Shown piece after piece: positions 62,733 to 64,000 of a stretch of DNA of 64,000 bases. Each line of letters opens with the position of its first letter. Within the stretch, counting starts at the first letter, position 1. The stretch covers positions 16,306,001 through 16,370,000 of the forward strand of contig JAGIQG010000013.1 in NCBI GenBank assembly GCA_024679065.1. Direction: 5' to 3'. This stretch comes from Sphyrna mokarran (taxonomy: Eukaryota). Under the pieces are notes generated by a model. It did no database searches, was not told where the DNA came from, and was given only the letters and a program-made list of their open reading frames with translations. A program made the translations under genes and the position numbers.

Positions 62733-64000
62733 CTTGTTTAAACCTGCCACCTATCTCTGAACTGGATGATAGAACATGTGGCTTTTTCTCACAGGCAGCT
62801 GCTAGTGCAAATCTTTGTTTTGTTTTCCACTCTGTTATAAATGTCTGGAAAAGAGCTCGGCTACTAGCAACGTCAATAATGGTCAATATTTCCGCACTGC
62901 AGGGGCCAGAAAGTGGGGACAAATTGTCTTGAGAAAGTTGAAGTGAAAAGCCTTCCGGTATGAAAGAACCATCAGAATCCCCATCATTGTTTGTCACAGG
63001 ACTACAATCGACATGATGTAGGAGGGGATTTGCTTCTTCGCCTGCCCTACAAACAGGACTGTGAGGTAAATACACAGGGCTAGTTGGTGACGAAGCTGGC
63101 TTTTTGCATTTTTCAGCTGTCACTGCAGTCAATGCTATTTTCATTCTGGGAGTCACAGGTTCATTGGGAGGTGTTGGAGGGACTTCATTCCGACTGTCTG
63201 GCCTGGATTCGGGCAGTTTTTCCACTTCACAAGCGGACGTCTGGTTACTCGTGTCTGTCTTGTTGCTATGATTCAGTGACATCCGACTGGGGGGTTGCTC
63301 TGTTTGATCCAACACCAGCACATGTTCTGGATTTGGAGTTTCAGAGGTTCGTGTTGCACAGTCTTGAAAGTTACGAATTTCTGCAAATCTCCTTGAGCAG
63401 TGGCCCTCTTCTTTATCATTGATCTCTTTGTTCATATTCGGACATTTTTGACCTGAAGGAGCTGGGAATTGGTTTAGCATCTCTTTCATCCCTGGACTTA
63501 GTTTGAGTGAAGTGTCTGACCACATCCATTTCCCATTATCTGGTACCTCATTTCCCACTAAACAGTCAGATAACCCGTTAGTTAACGTGCCTGAATTTGG
63601 GTTGCCACCTTTTATCTGACTATTTACCTTCTCCTGCTCTTGTGAACTTAAGCAATCAGCAATATTGCCATTTTGGTAGGAATCTTTGAAATCAGAGAGA
63701 TTGAAGGACACATCACTCCAATGTAAACAGGCTTCAGGATCTTTGGGAGCTATTTTTTGGAGGTCACTTTGATTCTGCATTCCACCTCCTGCACCCAGAC
63801 TACAAGAAGACAAACGTTCAGAGATCATATCTGCTTTAGGCAGGAGTTGCTGGCCAGGCGGTAAGCCCTGTGTATATGTATCATCGCTGGAGGAAATTTC
63901 TGTGAAACTATCAAATAAACTATCACTCATGTTCAGGGTCATCTCGTAACCAGCATTGGAATGGACATACAGCTCCTGTTCTGTGCAATCAGAATGTGGA
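62733..64000 (-). CDS. POLQ: POLQ large central-domain exon (human exon 16 equivalent), 5'-partial
   Basis: Open frame to window edge; TLNMSDSLFDSF, FSLQLSQD, IIDVASSRALFQTFITEWK...IGGRFKQ; donor CAAG|GTACGT, phase 1. Confidence 0.96.

Noticed and set aside
63084-63422. 112-aa + strand ORF
   Set aside because: Antisense shadow of the POLQ exon.
1-64000. CRISPR array, operon or other prokaryotic system
   Set aside because: Spliced vertebrate genes and retroelements only; no regular repeat-spacer array seen.

Overview
Eukaryotic, AT-rich, repeat-dense vertebrate DNA. The repeat content (CR1 LINEs, HE1/V-type tRNA SINEs, Penelope-like fragments) points to a shark or other elasmobranch. Two convergent genes are readable. 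On the + strand is the last coding exon of tomosyn-2 (STXBP5L; LMLKCRDKKWYQF*, 6007-6048), followed by a possibly very long 3' UTR. On the - strand is the 3' half of DNA polymerase theta (POLQ): 15 GT-AG exons from the large central exon (runs off the window at 64000) to the stop at 33326, about 1137 aa in one continuous frame, with family-A motifs A, B and C intact. Nearly all other ORFs in the track are transposon debris or noise. Most interesting observations: (1) short Penelope-derived insertions carrying minimal hammerhead-ribozyme motifs, often as inverted pairs with 12-14 bp target-site duplications, three of them sense to the POLQ pre-mRNA; (2) an apparently ORF1-less LINE whose 5' end is a tRNA-SINE head, next to a short SINE made of that LINE's two ends; (3) two templated/snap-back insertion scars of the kind attributed to Pol theta end joining, inside POLQ introns. 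Exon numbering, family names and human residue numbers come from recall, not database searches.
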